From Alphaproteobacteria bacterium (GTDB lineage Bacteria > Pseudomonadota > Alphaproteobacteria > UBA6615): a stretch of 64,000 nucleotides of DNA. Under the pieces are notes generated by a model. The model saw nothing but the letters and a program-made list of their open reading frames with translations. It was not told where the DNA came from and ran no database searches. Below, piece by piece: positions 18,396 to 30,077 of the stretch (position 1 is its first letter; each line of letters starts with the position of its first letter). A program made the translations under genes and the position numbers. The stretch is taken from NCBI GenBank assembly GCA_965261975.1, contig CBDHEC010000046.1, positions 1 through 64,000 of the forward strand, in the 5' to 3' direction.

Positions 18396-19658
18396 TTAAA
18401 GGGCCTCGCCGCGGACCAGCCGCGGCAGGTCGCCGACCACGCCCATGGCATGGCGCATGGAGAATTTCCGCGCCGCCGGGATCGCGTTGACGACCCCCAG
18501 GCCCAGGTCACGCGCGGCGCGCACCGGCGCAATATCGTTGGAGAACAGCCGCAACAGATTGTCGGTCACCACGGCCAGCAGCATGTTGTCGAATCGCCGC
18601 CACCGCTCGTAGTCCGCCAGGATGTCCGGATCGCCGATGTCACGGCCGAGCCGGCGCGCATCCACAACCACTTCGGCCAGCGCGGCCACATCGCGAATTC
18701 CCATATTCAGGCCCTGCCCGGCGATCGGGTGAATTCCGTGGGCCGCATCGCCCACCAGCGCCAGGCGCTGGTCGGTATAGCGTGCGGCATGGTTGAGGCC
18801 GAGCGGGTGGACCCAACGGGGACTGGCCAGCGCGATCTCGCCGAGGAACCCGTCGACACGCAGTGCGAGTTCGGCGGTAAAAGCTTCGTCCTCGAATGCT
18901 TTGATCGCCGGCACCAGGTCGTTGGATTCGCTCCATACGATCGACGCCGCATGGCGTAACTCCCCGGTCGGCGTCTTGATGGGCGTGTCGAGATCACGCA
19001 TCGGCAGGATCGCGAACGGCCCGCCCGGCAGGAAACGCTCATGGGCAATGTTCTGGTGCGGGCGCTCATGGGCAATCGTGCACACGAAGCTCGACTGGTC
19101 GTAACGCCACTCGGTCACGGGGATTCGGGCGTCCCGGCGCATCGAAGAGCCGCGCCCGTCACAGGCAAAGATCACCCGCGCGCGCACGGTCCGGTCACCG
19201 TCCAGCTTCACCGAGACACCGCCGGCGTGGCGGTCGACCGCGACAATGTTCGCGGGTGCGATGAGTTCAATATTTGCTGATGCTGCGGCATTGGCCAGCA
19301 GTGGCCCACGGATATCGCGGTTCTCCAGGATATATCCCAGCGGATCGTCGCCGACTTCGTGATGGTCGAAATGGAGAAACATCAGCGCGTCGCCGTCGCT
19401 GACCCGGATCGTGTCGATCGGACAGGATCTAGGTGCCAAATCCGGCCACAGACCGATGCCCTCCAACACTTTCGCGCTCCCCGTCGCGATCGCCGTGGTG
19501 CGCCCGTCGAAGGCGGCATCGGTGAAATTCGCCGGATCCGCTCGGTCTACGACCGCGACGTCGATCCCCGCACTTGCCAGCGCATGGGCCAGGGTCAGGC
19601 CGGCCATGCCGGCACCGACGATTACCGCTTCGACAGTCTGGGTCTGTTGCACGCTCAT
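18396..19658 (-). CDS. ubiH: UbiH/UbiL/COQ6 family ubiquinone biosynthesis hydroxylase
   Basis: GAGMAG, ACDGRGS, AHERF..GPFAILP, GDAAHGIHPIAGQGLNMGIRD. Confidence 0.88.
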   Translation of the reverse strand: MSVQQTQTVEAVIVGAGMAGLTLAHALASAGIDVAVVDRADPANFTDAAFDGRTTAIATGSAKVLEGIGLWPDLAPRSCPIDTIRVSDGDALMFLHFDHHEVGDDPLGYILENRDIRGPLLANAAASANIELIAPANIVAVDRHAGGVSVKLDGDRTVRARVIFACDGRGSSMRRDARIPVTEWRYDQSSFVCTIAHERPHQNIAHERFLPGGPFAILPMRDLDTPIKTPTGELRHAASIVWSESNDLVPAIKAFEDEAFTAELALRVDGFLGEIALASPRWVHPLGLNHAARYTDQRLALVGDAAHGIHPIAGQGLNMGIRDVAALAEVVVDARRLGRDIGDPDILADYERWRRFDNMLLAVVTDNLLRLFSNDIAPVRAARDLGLGVVNAIPAARKFSMRHAMGVVGDLPRLVRGEAL

Positions 19659-19726
19659 CGCCGAAACTTGGCCCGCCCCCGGCGCAATGTCTAGGCCACG
19701 CAGACACCGGGCCATGCGGCGATTCC

Positions 19727-19783
19727 GCACAAAATATGTGCACAAAAAACAGGCATATCTATTTGTCTGGTCAATAAATGTGC
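19727..19783 (+). promoter_or_regulatory. NtrC-type enhancer sites upstream of glnK
   Basis: GCAC-AAAATAT-GTGC (19727-41), overlapping TGCAC-N7-AGGCA, and GGTC-N7-GTGC. Confidence 0.7.
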
Positions 19784-19833
19784 GACCCGGCTTGGCCCAC
19801 GATCAAAGATCATGTCTATCCTGTTGATTATAA

Positions 19834-20280
<447 letters not shown>

Positions 20281-20300
20281 GCAAAGGAGATATCAAGACA

Positions 20301-21656
20301 ATGTTTCGTATAACGACCAAAACGGCGGTCGGTATCGGTGCCGCGAGTGCGGCCCTGCTGGCGGCCCCACCGGCCATGGCGGCGGTCGAGGCCGAGACCG
20401 GCTACGTGTTCAACACCTTCTCGTTCCTGTTTTCCGGTGCGCTTGTCATGTGGATGGCCGCCGGGTTCGCGATGCTGGAATCGGGCCTGGTGCGCTCGAA
20501 GAACACGGCCACGATCTGCCTCAAGAACATCGCCCTCTATTCGATCGCCGGCATCCTCTACTACCTTGTCGGCTACAACCTTATGTATGTCGACGTCGGC
20601 AGCTTCATGGGATCGATCTCGTTCCTCTACAACCCGTCCGACGCGGAACTGACGCTGCTCGGCGCGGAAGAGGCGACCGACGCCATGGTCGCCGCCGTTG
20701 TGGACAACAGCTATTCCGTGGGTTCCGACTGGTTCTTCCAGATGGTCTTCGTCGCCACCGCGGCCTCGATCGTCTCGGGCACCGTGGCCGAACGCATCAA
20801 GCTCTGGCCCTTCCTGATCTTCGTTGTCGTGCTGACCGCGATCATCTACCCGATCCAGGGCTCCTGGACCTGGGGTGGCGGCTGGCTCGCCGAGATGGGC
20901 TTCTCCGACTTCGCGGGCTCCACCATCGTCCACTCCGTGGGCGGCTGGGCCGCGCTGACCGGCGCCGTCATCCTCGGCGCACGTCGCGGCAAATACGGCC
21001 CGAACGGCCAGGTGAACCCGATTCCCGGCGCAAATCTGCCGCTGGCGACCCTGGGTACCTTCATCCTGTGGCTCGGCTGGTTCGGCTTCAACGGCGGCTC
21101 TCAGCTGGCGCTGGGCTCTGCCGCGGACGCCACCTGGATGGCCATCGTCTTCACCAACACCAACCTCGCAGCCGCGGGCGGTGTGGTGGCCGCGATGCTC
21201 ATGACCCAGATCATGTACAAGAAGGTCGACCTCACGATGGCGCTCAACGGCGCGATCGCCGGCCTCGTGTCCATCACCGCCGGGCCCGACCTGACCAACC
21301 ACCTGATGTCGATCATCGTCGGCGCGATCGGCGGTGTGCTTGTCGTGATCGCCATCCCGCTGCTCGACAAGCTGAAGATCGACGACGTCGTCGGCGCGAT
21401 CTCGGCCCATCTGGTGGCCGGCATCTGGGGCACGCTTGCCGTGGGTATCTTCGGCAGCGGCGACCTGGGGGTCCAGATCATCGGCATCCTCGCCATCGGC
21501 ATCTTCGTCGTGGTGACGAGCTCCATCGTCTGGCTCGCGCTCAAGTACACGATGGGCATCCGGGCCGAAGAGGAAGACGAGGATATGGGGCTCGATTCGG
21601 CCGAGCTCGGCCTCGAGGCCTATCCCGAATTCGGGCGCGGATCGCAACGCGCCTGA
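20301..21656 (+). CDS. amtB: Ammonium transporter
   Basis: GFAMLESGLVRSKN, DFAGSTIVH, WFGFNGGS, IDDVVGAISAH. Confidence 0.97.
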   Translation: MFRITTKTAVGIGAASAALLAAPPAMAAVEAETGYVFNTFSFLFSGALVMWMAAGFAMLESGLVRSKNTATICLKNIALYSIAGILYYLVGYNLMYVDVGSFMGSISFLYNPSDAELTLLGAEEATDAMVAAVVDNSYSVGSDWFFQMVFVATAASIVSGTVAERIKLWPFLIFVVVLTAIIYPIQGSWTWGGGWLAEMGFSDFAGSTIVHSVGGWAALTGAVILGARRGKYGPNGQVNPIPGANLPLATLGTFILWLGWFGFNGGSQLALGSAADATWMAIVFTNTNLAAAGGVVAAMLMTQIMYKKVDLTMALNGAIAGLVSITAGPDLTNHLMSIIVGAIGGVLVVIAIPLLDKLKIDDVVGAISAHLVAGIWGTLAVGIFGSGDLGVQIIGILAIGIFVVVTSSIVWLALKYTMGIRAEEEDEDMGLDSAELGLEAYPEFGRGSQRA

Positions 21657-21684
21657 TCAGTTAAGTCCCAACCTCCCCAGACAG

Positions 21685-21719
21685 GGGCCCGGCGGTTAAT
21701 CCGCCGGGCCCTCTTTTTT
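21685..21719 (+). terminator. Rho-independent terminator after amtB
   Basis: GGGCCCGGCGG-ttaat-CCGCCGGGCCC followed by TCTTTTTT. Confidence 0.88.
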
Positions 21720-21783
21720 GCGGAAAATGCGTCAAAATCAGCAGAAACAGGCCTAAAACCATGAAAATGACGTGTTTTCAGGG

Positions 21784-21792
21784 TTATCCACA
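21784..21792 (+). promoter_or_regulatory. Perfect DnaA box in an AT-rich intergenic region
   Basis: TTATCCACA; GANTC sites at 21818 and 21829. Confidence 0.5.
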
Positions 21793-21949
21793 CATAATGC
21801 TCCACTTTAAGAGCCTCGATTCAAGCCCGAGTCTCATGCCAGACAAGCATTTTTCTTGAGCAATGCATTAGCTTATGGATATAACCCTATGTATATGATA
21901 GACTTTTGTCGCTCTCATAAGTTTAGGGGGCAACAAACACGCGCCTGGC

Positions 21950-23158
21950 ATGCACAACGACGTACTCGACACGCTTACGGATTACCCGTTCGACCGCTTG
22001 CGGTCGCTGCTCGGTGACAGCACGCCGCCGGACGGCTGCGCGCCCATTCACATGCAGATCGGCGAACCCAAGCACCCGCCGCCCGGCTTCATCGAGCCGC
22101 TCCTCACCCAGGACATGTCCGAATGGGGCAAATACCCTCCGCCCAACGGCCCGGACGACCTCCGCGCCGCGATCGCGGACTGGCTGACCGACCGCTACGG
22201 ACTTGCGCCGGGCATGGTCGATCCGGCGCGCCATATCGCCATCGTGTCGGGCACCCGCGAGGCATTGTTCATGGCAGCACTTCTGGCCGTGCCGGGGAAG
22301 AAGAACGGCACACGGCCCGCAGTTCTCATGCCCAACCCCTTCTATCAGGTCTATGTCGGCGGGGCCGCACTGGCCGGCGGCGAGGCGGTCTATCTGCCGG
22401 CCGGGCCCGACACGGGTTTCCAGCCCGATTTTTCGGCCGTCGCGGACGACGACCTCGCCCGCACTGCGCTCGCCTACCTGAACACCCCGGCCAATCCCCA
22501 GGGCTCCGTGGCCAGCCTTGATCGCCTGAAAGCCGCGGTCACCCTGGCCCGGGAGCGAGATTTCGTCCTTGCGGTCGACGAATGCTATTCGGAAATCTAC
22601 ACCGGCGACAAACCGCCGGGCCTGTTCGATGCCTGTCGTGAACTGGCGGGCGATGATCCCTTCGAGAACACCCTTGTCTTCCACAGCCTCAGCAAGCGTT
22701 CGAACGTGCCCGGCCTGCGGTCCGGCTTCGTGGCCGGCGATCCGGCGCTGATCCGGCTGTTGCTGCGCCTGCGCCAGTATGGCGGCGCCCAGGTGCCGCT
22801 GCCGGTCATGAACGCGTCGGCCGCCCTGTGGCGCGACGAGACCCATGTCGAGGCCAGCCGCGACCTGTACCGCCAGAAGTTCGACCTCGCGCTCGACATG
22901 CTCGACGGCGCGTTCGGCGCCACCCGGCCCGGCGGCGGCTTCTATCTCTGGCTCGATGTCGGCGACAGCGAGACCGCGGCATACAAACTCTGGACCGAGG
23001 CCGGCCTGCGGGTCCTGCCGGGCGCCTACCTGGCCCGCGACAACGCTGACGGCTCCAACCCCGGCGCGGCCTATATCCGCCTGGCGCTGGTGCACGACCT
23101 CGAGACGACCCGGGAGGCCATGACTCGCCTCCTCGACATTCTGGGCCGGCAGGCCTGA
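21950..23158 (+). CDS. dapC: Class I/II PLP aminotransferase, DapC-like
   Basis: [44 protein letters not shown]. Confidence 0.8.
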   Translation: MHNDVLDTLTDYPFDRLRSLLGDSTPPDGCAPIHMQIGEPKHPPPGFIEPLLTQDMSEWGKYPPPNGPDDLRAAIADWLTDRYGLAPGMVDPARHIAIVSGTREALFMAALLAVPGKKNGTRPAVLMPNPFYQVYVGGAALAGGEAVYLPAGPDTGFQPDFSAVADDDLARTALAYLNTPANPQGSVASLDRLKAAVTLARERDFVLAVDECYSEIYTGDKPPGLFDACRELAGDDPFENTLVFHSLSKRSNVPGLRSGFVAGDPALIRLLLRLRQYGGAQVPLPVMNASAALWRDETHVEASRDLYRQKFDLALDMLDGAFGATRPGGGFYLWLDVGDSETAAYKLWTEAGLRVLPGAYLARDNADGSNPGAAYIRLALVHDLETTREAMTRLLDILGRQA

Positions 23159-23196
23159 GCGAAACCAAACGTAACCTCGAAAGAGAGACGACGATC

Positions 23197-25662
23197 ATGG
23201 TGGCAAAGACACAGACCGGACCCGGCCGCGGGCTTGCAGCAAAACTCGCATTCCTGCCCGAACCCGTGCGCCTGTTCGCCAGGCGGCGGATGTTCGAAAT
23301 CGGCGGCGCGCTCTTCATCGCCGGAGCGGCGGCGCTCTCCATCGCGCTCGCCAGCTACGACAGCCTCGACGTCTCGTTCAACAACGCGACCAGCCAGGCC
23401 CCGTCCAATCTGCTCGGACCGGCCGGGGCGACGATCGCCGACATCGCGCTGCAATCCTTCGGAATCATCGCCATCCTGCCTGTCCTCGCACTGCTCGCCT
23501 GGGGCACGCGGCTGATCCGCCACCGCGGCATCCCACGTTTCGGCTGGCGGGTGCTGGGCCTGCTTATCGCCATCTGCGCCTTCGCGTTTGCACTGCATCA
23601 GGTGCCGGCCTTCGCCGGCTGGCCGATCAGGGCCGGACTGGGGGGCACCTTTGGCGACCTGACATTCCCCGGGGCCACGGCGTGGCTGTCCGGGTTCGGC
23701 ATTCCCGCAATTGCCGTCGCCGCCACGGCCGGTGTCATGGCGACCGTCATGGCCTTCCTGGCTCTCGGCCTGACCCGCGACGAATGGCGGAGCATGGGCC
23801 TGGGTGCGGCGCGCGGCCTGCGGTTCGGCGCGCGAGGCGCCAGCCTGGGTGCGGGCTGGTCGGCTCGTCACGGGGCAGGGGCCGCCCGGAGCGGCGCCGA
23901 CGGTGTGCGCCAGTTCATCGCCGCGCGCACGGCCGAACGCCAGGAGCCCTCGCTCGTACCCGGCACCACGCCGACGCGCACGCCCCCGCGCTTGTCGACC
24001 CCGGAGCCCGAGGACGATAACGACGGTATCGACGAAACCGCCACGAAGGGCCCGTCGCCGCGCGTCGCGCCGCGCGCGCCGAAACCCAAGACCAGCAAAC
24101 GCGCGGAAGCCGCAAAGCAGCGCAAGCTCGACCTGCCCAACCCCAACGGCGCCTATGAATTCCCGCCGCTGGACCTGCTCGAGGAGGCCGACGAGGCCGC
24201 GCGCGCGGCCGGCCGGGCCAAGGACGATTCCCTCGAGGCCAATGCCCGGATGCTCGAATCCGTGCTGCAGGATTTCGGCGTCCACGGCGAGATCGTCCAG
24301 GTCCGCCCGGGCCCGGTCGTGACTTTGTACGAGCTCGAGCCCGCGCCGGGCACCAAGACCAGCCGCGTCATCGGCCTGGCCGGCGACATCGCGCGGTCCA
24401 TGAGCGCGGTGTCGGTCCGCATCGCCGTGGTGCCGGGCCAGAATGTCATCGGCATCGAGCTGCCCAACATTTCGCGCGAAATGGTCTACCTGCGCGAACT
24501 CCTGGCCTCGCAAAGCTTCGAGAAACACAGCGCCGGCCTGTCGCTTGCGCTGGGCAAGGACATCGGCGGCGAGCCCGTCATGGTCGATCTCGCCCGCATG
24601 CCCCATCTGCTGATCGCCGGCACCACCGGCTCGGGCAAGTCGGTCGGCGTCAACTCGATGATCGCGTCACTGCTCTACCGCCTGCGGCCCGAGGAATGCC
24701 GCTTCATCATGATCGACCCCAAGATGCTGGAGCTGTCGGTCTATGACGGCATTCCCCATCTCATGGCCCCGGTCGTTACCGACCCGAAGAAGGCAGTGGT
24801 CGCGCTGAAATGGGTCGTGCGCGAAATGGAGACCCGTTATCGCTCCATGTCCAAGCTCGGGGTGCGCAACGTCGCCGGTTACAACCAGCGCGTCGAGGAG
24901 GCGCGCAAGAAGGGCGAGATTCTCTCCCGCAAGGTCCAGACCGGTTTCGACGAGGAAACCGGCAAGCCGGTGTTCGAGGAAGAGCCCCTCGATATGTCGC
25001 CGCTGCCGTTCATCGTCGTCGTGGTCGACGAGATGGCCGACCTGATGCTGGTCGCCGGTAAGGATGTCGAGGCAGCCATCCAGCGCCTCGCCCAGATGGC
25101 GCGCGCGGCAGGCATCCATTTGATCCTGGCGACCCAGCGTCCCTCGGTCGACGTTATTACCGGCACGATCAAGGCCAACCTGCCGACCCGGATCTCGTTC
25201 CAGGTCACCACCAAAATCGACAGCCGCACCATCCTGGGGGAACAGGGCGCCGAACAGCTGCTGGGCCAGGGCGACATGCTCTACATGGCCGGCGGCGGGC
25301 GGATCACGCGCGTCCACGGGCCGTTCCTCGCCGACACGGAGGTCGAGGACCTGGTCGCCTTCCTCAAGACCCAGGGCGAGCCCGAATATATCGATGCGGT
25401 CACGGAAGACGAGGGGGCCGCGGACGGCATCCCCGGTTTCGAGCCGACCGAGGGCGAGAGCAGCGGCAACGACCTCTATGACCAGGCCGTGGCCCTCGTC
25501 GCCCGTGAACAGAAGGCCTCGACGAGCTTCATCCAGCGCCACCTGCGGATCGGCTACAACCGGGCCGCCACCCTCATCGAACAACTGGAGAATGACGGGG
25601 TGGTCAGCCAGGCGAACCATGTCGGCAAGCGCGAGGTGCTGGTCGGCGACCACAGCGGCTAG
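23197..25662 (+). CDS. ftsK: DNA translocase FtsK
   Basis: N-terminal TM segments, [27 protein letters not shown], gamma domain [13 protein letters not shown]. Confidence 0.97.
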   Translation: MVAKTQTGPGRGLAAKLAFLPEPVRLFARRRMFEIGGALFIAGAAALSIALASYDSLDVSFNNATSQAPSNLLGPAGATIADIALQSFGIIAILPVLALLAWGTRLIRHRGIPRFGWRVLGLLIAICAFAFALHQVPAFAGWPIRAGLGGTFGDLTFPGATAWLSGFGIPAIAVAATAGVMATVMAFLALGLTRDEWRSMGLGAARGLRFGARGASLGAGWSARHGAGAARSGADGVRQFIAARTAERQEPSLVPGTTPTRTPPRLSTPEPEDDNDGIDETATKGPSPRVAPRAPKPKTSKRAEAAKQRKLDLPNPNGAYEFPPLDLLEEADEAARAAGRAKDDSLEANARMLESVLQDFGVHGEIVQVRPGPVVTLYELEPAPGTKTSRVIGLAGDIARSMSAVSVRIAVVPGQNVIGIELPNISREMVYLRELLASQSFEKHSAGLSLALGKDIGGEPVMVDLARMPHLLIAGTTGSGKSVGVNSMIASLLYRLRPEECRFIMIDPKMLELSVYDGIPHLMAPVVTDPKKAVVALKWVVREMETRYRSMSKLGVRNVAGYNQRVEEARKKGEILSRKVQTGFDEETGKPVFEEEPLDMSPLPFIVVVVDEMADLMLVAGKDVEAAIQRLAQMARAAGIHLILATQRPSVDVITGTIKANLPTRISFQVTTKIDSRTILGEQGAEQLLGQGDMLYMAGGGRITRVHGPFLADTEVEDLVAFLKTQGEPEYIDAVTEDEGAADGIPGFEPTEGESSGNDLYDQAVALVAREQKASTSFIQRHLRIGYNRAATLIEQLENDGVVSQANHVGKREVLVGDHSG

Positions 25663-25733
25663 GCGCCGGCAAGCTCCCATTGCCACAAAATCGTCACTCG
25701 CCCCCGCGCGCCCGGACGCCTATTCTGACGCCC

Positions 25734-26408
25734 ATGTTTAAGGTCAAATCCAGATTGCGCGCGATCCGCCTCGTGGCGGCCCTCGTGGCAACCGCAGTGG
25801 CCGCCGCGTTGCTGCCGCTCCCGGGCGGGTCCGCGGTCGCCGCCGAGGCCGTGCCGGCAGAACTGAGCGGCGCCGACCTGGCCGATCTCGCGCGCATCGA
25901 GACCTATCTCAACGGGCTCACCACCATGGAGAGCCGGTTCCTGCAATTCTCTCCCGAGGGTGTGGCAGAGGGCCGGATCATGCTCGACCGGCCGGGCCGC
26001 CTGCGCATCGAGTATTCACCCCCGGTGCCCGTGCTGATGGTCGCCAATAATTTCCTGCTCATGTATCACGACACCCAGCTCAAGCAGACGACCTTCCTGC
26101 CTTCCAGCGAGACCCCCGCGGCCCTGCTCATCGACGATGAGATCAAGCTCTCGGGCGACGTCACCGTCACCGCGTTCGAGCGTGCGCACAGGGCATTCCG
26201 GGTCACGCTGGAACAAACAGAATCCCCCGATACCGGCTCTGTCACGCTGATGTTCGAGGATGCCCCCATGCGTCTTGCGAAGTGGCGGGTCATCGACGCC
26301 CAGGGCACGGCCATCGACGTGGCGTTGGTGGAGCCGCGGTTCGGGGTGAAGTTCAAGAACGCCGGCGACCTGTTCTCAACCATCGACCCGAACGACGTAA
26401 TCGAATAG
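25734..26408 (+). CDS. lolA: Outer-membrane lipoprotein carrier LolA family
   Basis: Signal peptide, YLNGLTT..RFLQ, RPGRLRIEY; follows ftsK. Confidence 0.88.
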   Translation: MFKVKSRLRAIRLVAALVATAVAAALLPLPGGSAVAAEAVPAELSGADLADLARIETYLNGLTTMESRFLQFSPEGVAEGRIMLDRPGRLRIEYSPPVPVLMVANNFLLMYHDTQLKQTTFLPSSETPAALLIDDEIKLSGDVTVTAFERAHRAFRVTLEQTESPDTGSVTLMFEDAPMRLAKWRVIDAQGTAIDVALVEPRFGVKFKNAGDLFSTIDPNDVIE

Positions 26409-26463
26409 ATTTCCGGGCGTGATTTCCGGCGCGGCAAGCGCGCCTTCCTGCATGAGAGTTTCC

Positions 26464-27276
26464 ATGTCCCGCACCGATACCCTCCGTCCCCTGATCGGCG
26501 TCAACGCGGACTTGCGGGACAATAACGGCATCGATTTCATCGGCACCGGCCTGAAATATGTCACCGCCGTGATCGAGGGCGCGGGCGGCATACCGGTGAT
26601 GCTGCCAACCCTGGGCGATGTCGACGGGGGCGGCCAGCTCCATGTGGACGACCTCATCGACCGGCTCGACGGCCTGGTCCTGACCGGCGGGCGCAGCAAT
26701 GTGGAGCCGCACAATTACGGCGGCGAACCCTTCCGGCCCGAGACCCTGCGCGACCCGATGCGCGATTCCACGACCCTGCCGTTGGCCCGGAAATCGGTCG
26801 AGCGCGGGCTGCCCATCTTCGGCATCTGTCGCGGCATTCAGGAAATCAACGTCGCGCTGGGCGGCACCCTGCATCCCTATCTGTGGGAGCTCGATGGCGT
26901 CAACGACCACCGCATGCCACAGACGGACGTGATGGCGAACCGCTTCGCCGTCCGCCACCCGGTGCATCTGACGACCGACGGATTGTTCGCCGAGATCGCG
27001 CAAGGTGCAGGCATCGACGGCCATGAGGTGATGGTGAATTCCCTGCACGGCCAGGGCCTCAACCGGGTGGCCGACGGGTTGCGGGTCGAAGCGGTCAGCG
27101 ATGACGGGGTGGTCGAGGGGGTCTCGATGCCGGACAGCGCGAACTTCGTCGCCGCGGTGCAGTGGCACGCCGAATACAATGTCGAACGCCACCCGTTCAA
27201 CCGCGCCCTGTTCGAGGCCTTCGGCCATGCGTCGCGCCGCCGGGCAGCCGCCCGGGCCGGCGCGAACGTCGCGTAA
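26464..27276 (+). CDS. Gamma-glutamyl-GABA hydrolase family (peptidase C26)
   Basis: LTGGRSNV.P, GICRGIQEINVALGGTL, VNSLHGQG, VQWHAE. Confidence 0.9.
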   Translation: MSRTDTLRPLIGVNADLRDNNGIDFIGTGLKYVTAVIEGAGGIPVMLPTLGDVDGGGQLHVDDLIDRLDGLVLTGGRSNVEPHNYGGEPFRPETLRDPMRDSTTLPLARKSVERGLPIFGICRGIQEINVALGGTLHPYLWELDGVNDHRMPQTDVMANRFAVRHPVHLTTDGLFAEIAQGAGIDGHEVMVNSLHGQGLNRVADGLRVEAVSDDGVVEGVSMPDSANFVAAVQWHAEYNVERHPFNRALFEAFGHASRRRAAARAGANVA

Positions 27277-27390
27277 ACATTCCGGCAAATCCGGACCGGC
27301 AGTTTTTCCCGCCCAACCCCGTGACATTGGCCGGCCGAGCAGCCTAAATAGGCGCAACACACAACAACTCATTTGAAAGCGAGATCAGGG

Positions 27391-28074
27391 ATGGATTACG
27401 TCATTCCCGCGCCGGAACAGGTTTCCGTCGCCGTCGTCGGTGAAACCGCCCGCTATCCGGTGCGCCGCATCTTCTGCGTCGGCCGCAACTATGTCGCGCA
27501 TATCCGCGAGATGGGCGGCGACGAACGCGATCCGCCCTTCTATTTCTGCAAGCCAGCAGACGCCATCGTTCCAACCGGTGGCACGATCGACTACCCGCCC
27601 CAGACCAGCAATTTCCACTACGAGATGGAGCTGGTCGCGGCAATCGGCAAAGGCGGTGCGAACATCGCCGAGGAAGACGCGCTCGACCATGTCTACGGCT
27701 ACGCGACCGGCCTCGACATGACCCGCCGCGACGTCCAGATCGCCCATCGCGAGAAGGGGCGTCCCTGGGACATGGGCAAGGGCTTCGACCAGTCCGCACC
27801 GTGCGGCGACATCCACCCGGTGTCCGAGGTCGGGCATTTCCCGAAGGGCAATCTGTGGCTCAAGGTCAACGGCGAGACCAAACAGGACTCGGATCTCGAA
27901 CTGATGATCTGGAACCTCCAGGAAACCATCGCCAACCTGTCCGGCCTTGTGACCCTGGCACCGGGCGATCTGATCTACACCGGCACCCCCGATGGCGTCG
28001 GGCCGGTCGTGGCGGGCGACAAGATGCACGGCCATATCGACGGGCTGAGCGACATCGAGATCACCGTTCGCTAG
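27391..28074 (+). CDS. Fumarylacetoacetate hydrolase family protein (fumarylpyruvate hydrolase-like)
   Basis: CVGRNY.AH..EMG, HYEMELV, LDMTRRD, PGDLIYTGTP.GVG. Confidence 0.92.
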   Translation: MDYVIPAPEQVSVAVVGETARYPVRRIFCVGRNYVAHIREMGGDERDPPFYFCKPADAIVPTGGTIDYPPQTSNFHYEMELVAAIGKGGANIAEEDALDHVYGYATGLDMTRRDVQIAHREKGRPWDMGKGFDQSAPCGDIHPVSEVGHFPKGNLWLKVNGETKQDSDLELMIWNLQETIANLSGLVTLAPGDLIYTGTPDGVGPVVAGDKMHGHIDGLSDIEITVR

Positions 28075-28093
28075 CCGCCCGAGGAGCCGCCCG

Positions 28094-28882
28094 ATGCGGA
28101 TCGCGACCTGGAACATCAACTCGGTCCGCATGCGGGCCCACCATCTCGAGCGCCTCGATGAGCTCGCCGCACCCGACGTGGTCTGCCTGCAGGAAACCAA
28201 GGTGGTCGACGAGCTGTTCCCCCACGACGCGGTGGCGGATCTGTATCCCCACCGCCATGTGCGGGGCATGAAGGCCTATAACGGCGTCGCGATCCTCTCG
28301 AAACTGCCGTTCACGACAACGGGCGGACGCGACTGGTGCGGGCGCGAGGACGCCCGCCACATCTCGGCGAAGTTCAAGGGCGGGGTCGAGATCCATAATT
28401 TCTACGTGCCCGCCGGCGGCGACGTGCCCGACCCCAAGAAGAACGACAAGTTCGCCCACAAGCTCCAGTTCCTCGACGAGATGACCAGCTGGCTCGGCGA
28501 CATCGCCGGCCCGCGGGCCAAACGCGTGCTGGTCGGCGACCTCAACATCGCGCCGCTGGAATCCGACGTCTGGTCGCACAAACAACTCCTCGACGTGGTC
28601 AGTCACACACCGGTGGAGGTCGAGGCACTGGGCCGGGTGCAGGCCGCCCATAGCTGGGTCGATGCGGTGCGTCATTTCGCCGGCGACGAGGAGAAACTGT
28701 CGAGCTGGTGGAGCTACCGGGCGCGGGACTGGCGCGCCTCGGATCGCGGCCGACGCCTCGACCATGTGTGGGTGACACCGGCCCTCAAATCGAAGCTTCG
28801 CTCTTATGAGATTCTACGCGACGCACGCGATTGGACGAAAAGCTCCGACCACGTCCCGATCATCGTCGAGATCGACGCCTAA
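28094..28882 (+). CDS. xth: Exodeoxyribonuclease III
   Basis: MRIATWNINSVR, CLQETK, YNGVAILS, GDLNIAP, RRLDHVW, SDHVP. Confidence 0.95.
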   Translation: MRIATWNINSVRMRAHHLERLDELAAPDVVCLQETKVVDELFPHDAVADLYPHRHVRGMKAYNGVAILSKLPFTTTGGRDWCGREDARHISAKFKGGVEIHNFYVPAGGDVPDPKKNDKFAHKLQFLDEMTSWLGDIAGPRAKRVLVGDLNIAPLESDVWSHKQLLDVVSHTPVEVEALGRVQAAHSWVDAVRHFAGDEEKLSSWWSYRARDWRASDRGRRLDHVWVTPALKSKLRSYEILRDARDWTKSSDHVPIIVEIDA

Positions 28883-29368
28883 CCCATCGCCCGATACATG
28901 AAGTAGCGCTCCGCCGGCACACCGTCGGGCAGGGGCAGGGCGTCCCAGCCCGCATCGGGAAACGGGTTGTTCGCCACCAGCACCGCACCGGGCGCCAAAA
29001 GTGGGCGCAGTAGGGGGATCAATGCGGCGGTCAGGGGGGGCGTCTTCCGCCGTCCCGGTCCCGAGATCGGAATGCACGAGCGCCACCGCGCCCGCGAAGC
29101 GGGCCTGCTGTTCGGCCAGCTGATCGAGTACCTCGCCGAGAAAAAGATGATCGGCATCAGGCGTGCTCTTGGGGTTGGCATTCACGACCCGGTCAAACAC
29201 GAAAACCTCGCGGTCCGGCATGATCTCGCGCAGATGATCGAAGGTGCGGCCGTTGCCGAGCCCGAGATCGAACACCGACCCCGGGACATCCGCGACCATG
29301 GCGGCAGCCACGTTCAGGCAGTCGCGCTGCGCCTGCATGCGCCGGATAAAACTGTCGAGACGGCTCAC
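28879..29368 (-). pseudogene. SAM-methyltransferase-like protein (Methyltransf_17-like), frameshifted at a G7 run
   Basis: N-half MSRLDSFIRRMQAQRDCL..DLGLGNGRTFDHLRE..VHSDLGTG; C-half LTAALIPLL..PLLAPGAV..LPLPDGV...YFMYR lies in another frame; removing one G at 29034-29040 joins them. Confidence 0.7.
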
Positions 29369-29817
29369 GAGCTTTTCGCCAGTGCCTCGCGCAACTGCTG
29401 GGTCGTTTGTTCCAGACGCGATGCCAGTTCGCGCATGATTTCGACCGACATCTCCGGGAACTCCGCCACCAGGCGGAAGAACAAATCCTTGGTAATTCGC
29501 AACGTCACCGTCGTGTCGCTGGCGCGCACGGTGGCCGTGCGTGGCACATCGCAGAGGATTGCAATCTCGCCGACAAAATCATTCCGCCCCAGCGCGGCCA
29601 CTTCAAGCTCACCATCCGGCGTGTCCACGATCACCTTGGCGGCGCCATCGACGATGATATAGGCCGCGTCGCCGACATCACCCTGGCTGAACAGGGTCTG
29701 GTCCGCCTCATAGGTGATTCGCTCGGCAGTAAACGCCAGCAGTTTCAGCTTCGATGGCTCAAGTTTCGCGAACAGCGGAATGTTCCGCAGCAGTTCGACT
29801 TCTTCGTTCAGGCTCAC
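29365..29817 (-). CDS. Stand-alone cyclic-nucleotide-binding domain protein
   Basis: LF.QGD.GDAAYIIVDG, FVGEIAILCDVPRTATVRA phosphate-binding cassette; no HTH. Confidence 0.92.
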   Translation of the reverse strand: MSLNEEVELLRNIPLFAKLEPSKLKLLAFTAERITYEADQTLFSQGDVGDAAYIIVDGAAKVIVDTPDGELEVAALGRNDFVGEIAILCDVPRTATVRASDTTVTLRITKDLFFRLVAEFPEMSVEIMRELASRLEQTTQQLREALAKSS

Positions 29818-29874
29818 GTTTCGTTACTCCCCATCGGGACCGGCTCCGATCCCTTGCGTCCTGGTCTCATGCGC

Positions 29875-30077
29875 CTAGCTCGACTGAAGCAGCTCATGCA
29901 GGGCCGTCCCATCCTTGTTCAACTCTTCATATGTGCCTTGTTCGGCCATCTGACCATCCCTCAACACCGCGACGCGCTGGAACTGCGATGCCATCGAGGC
30001 CCGGTTGACCACCCAGATCACACCCTGGCCGTCGCGCGCCTCGAGGACCTTCGCCGCGATCCGGTCCTGGGCGGCCC
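29875..30077 (-). pseudogene. C-terminal remnant of an ABC exporter ATPase
   Basis: AAQDRIAAKVLEAR..GVIWVVNRASMASQFQRVAVLRDGQMAEQGTYEEL: post-D-loop ABC tail with no start and no Walker motifs. Confidence 0.65.

Noticed and set aside
21720-21949. oriC
   Set aside because: Only one perfect DnaA box; the origin is more plausibly beyond hemE outside the window.
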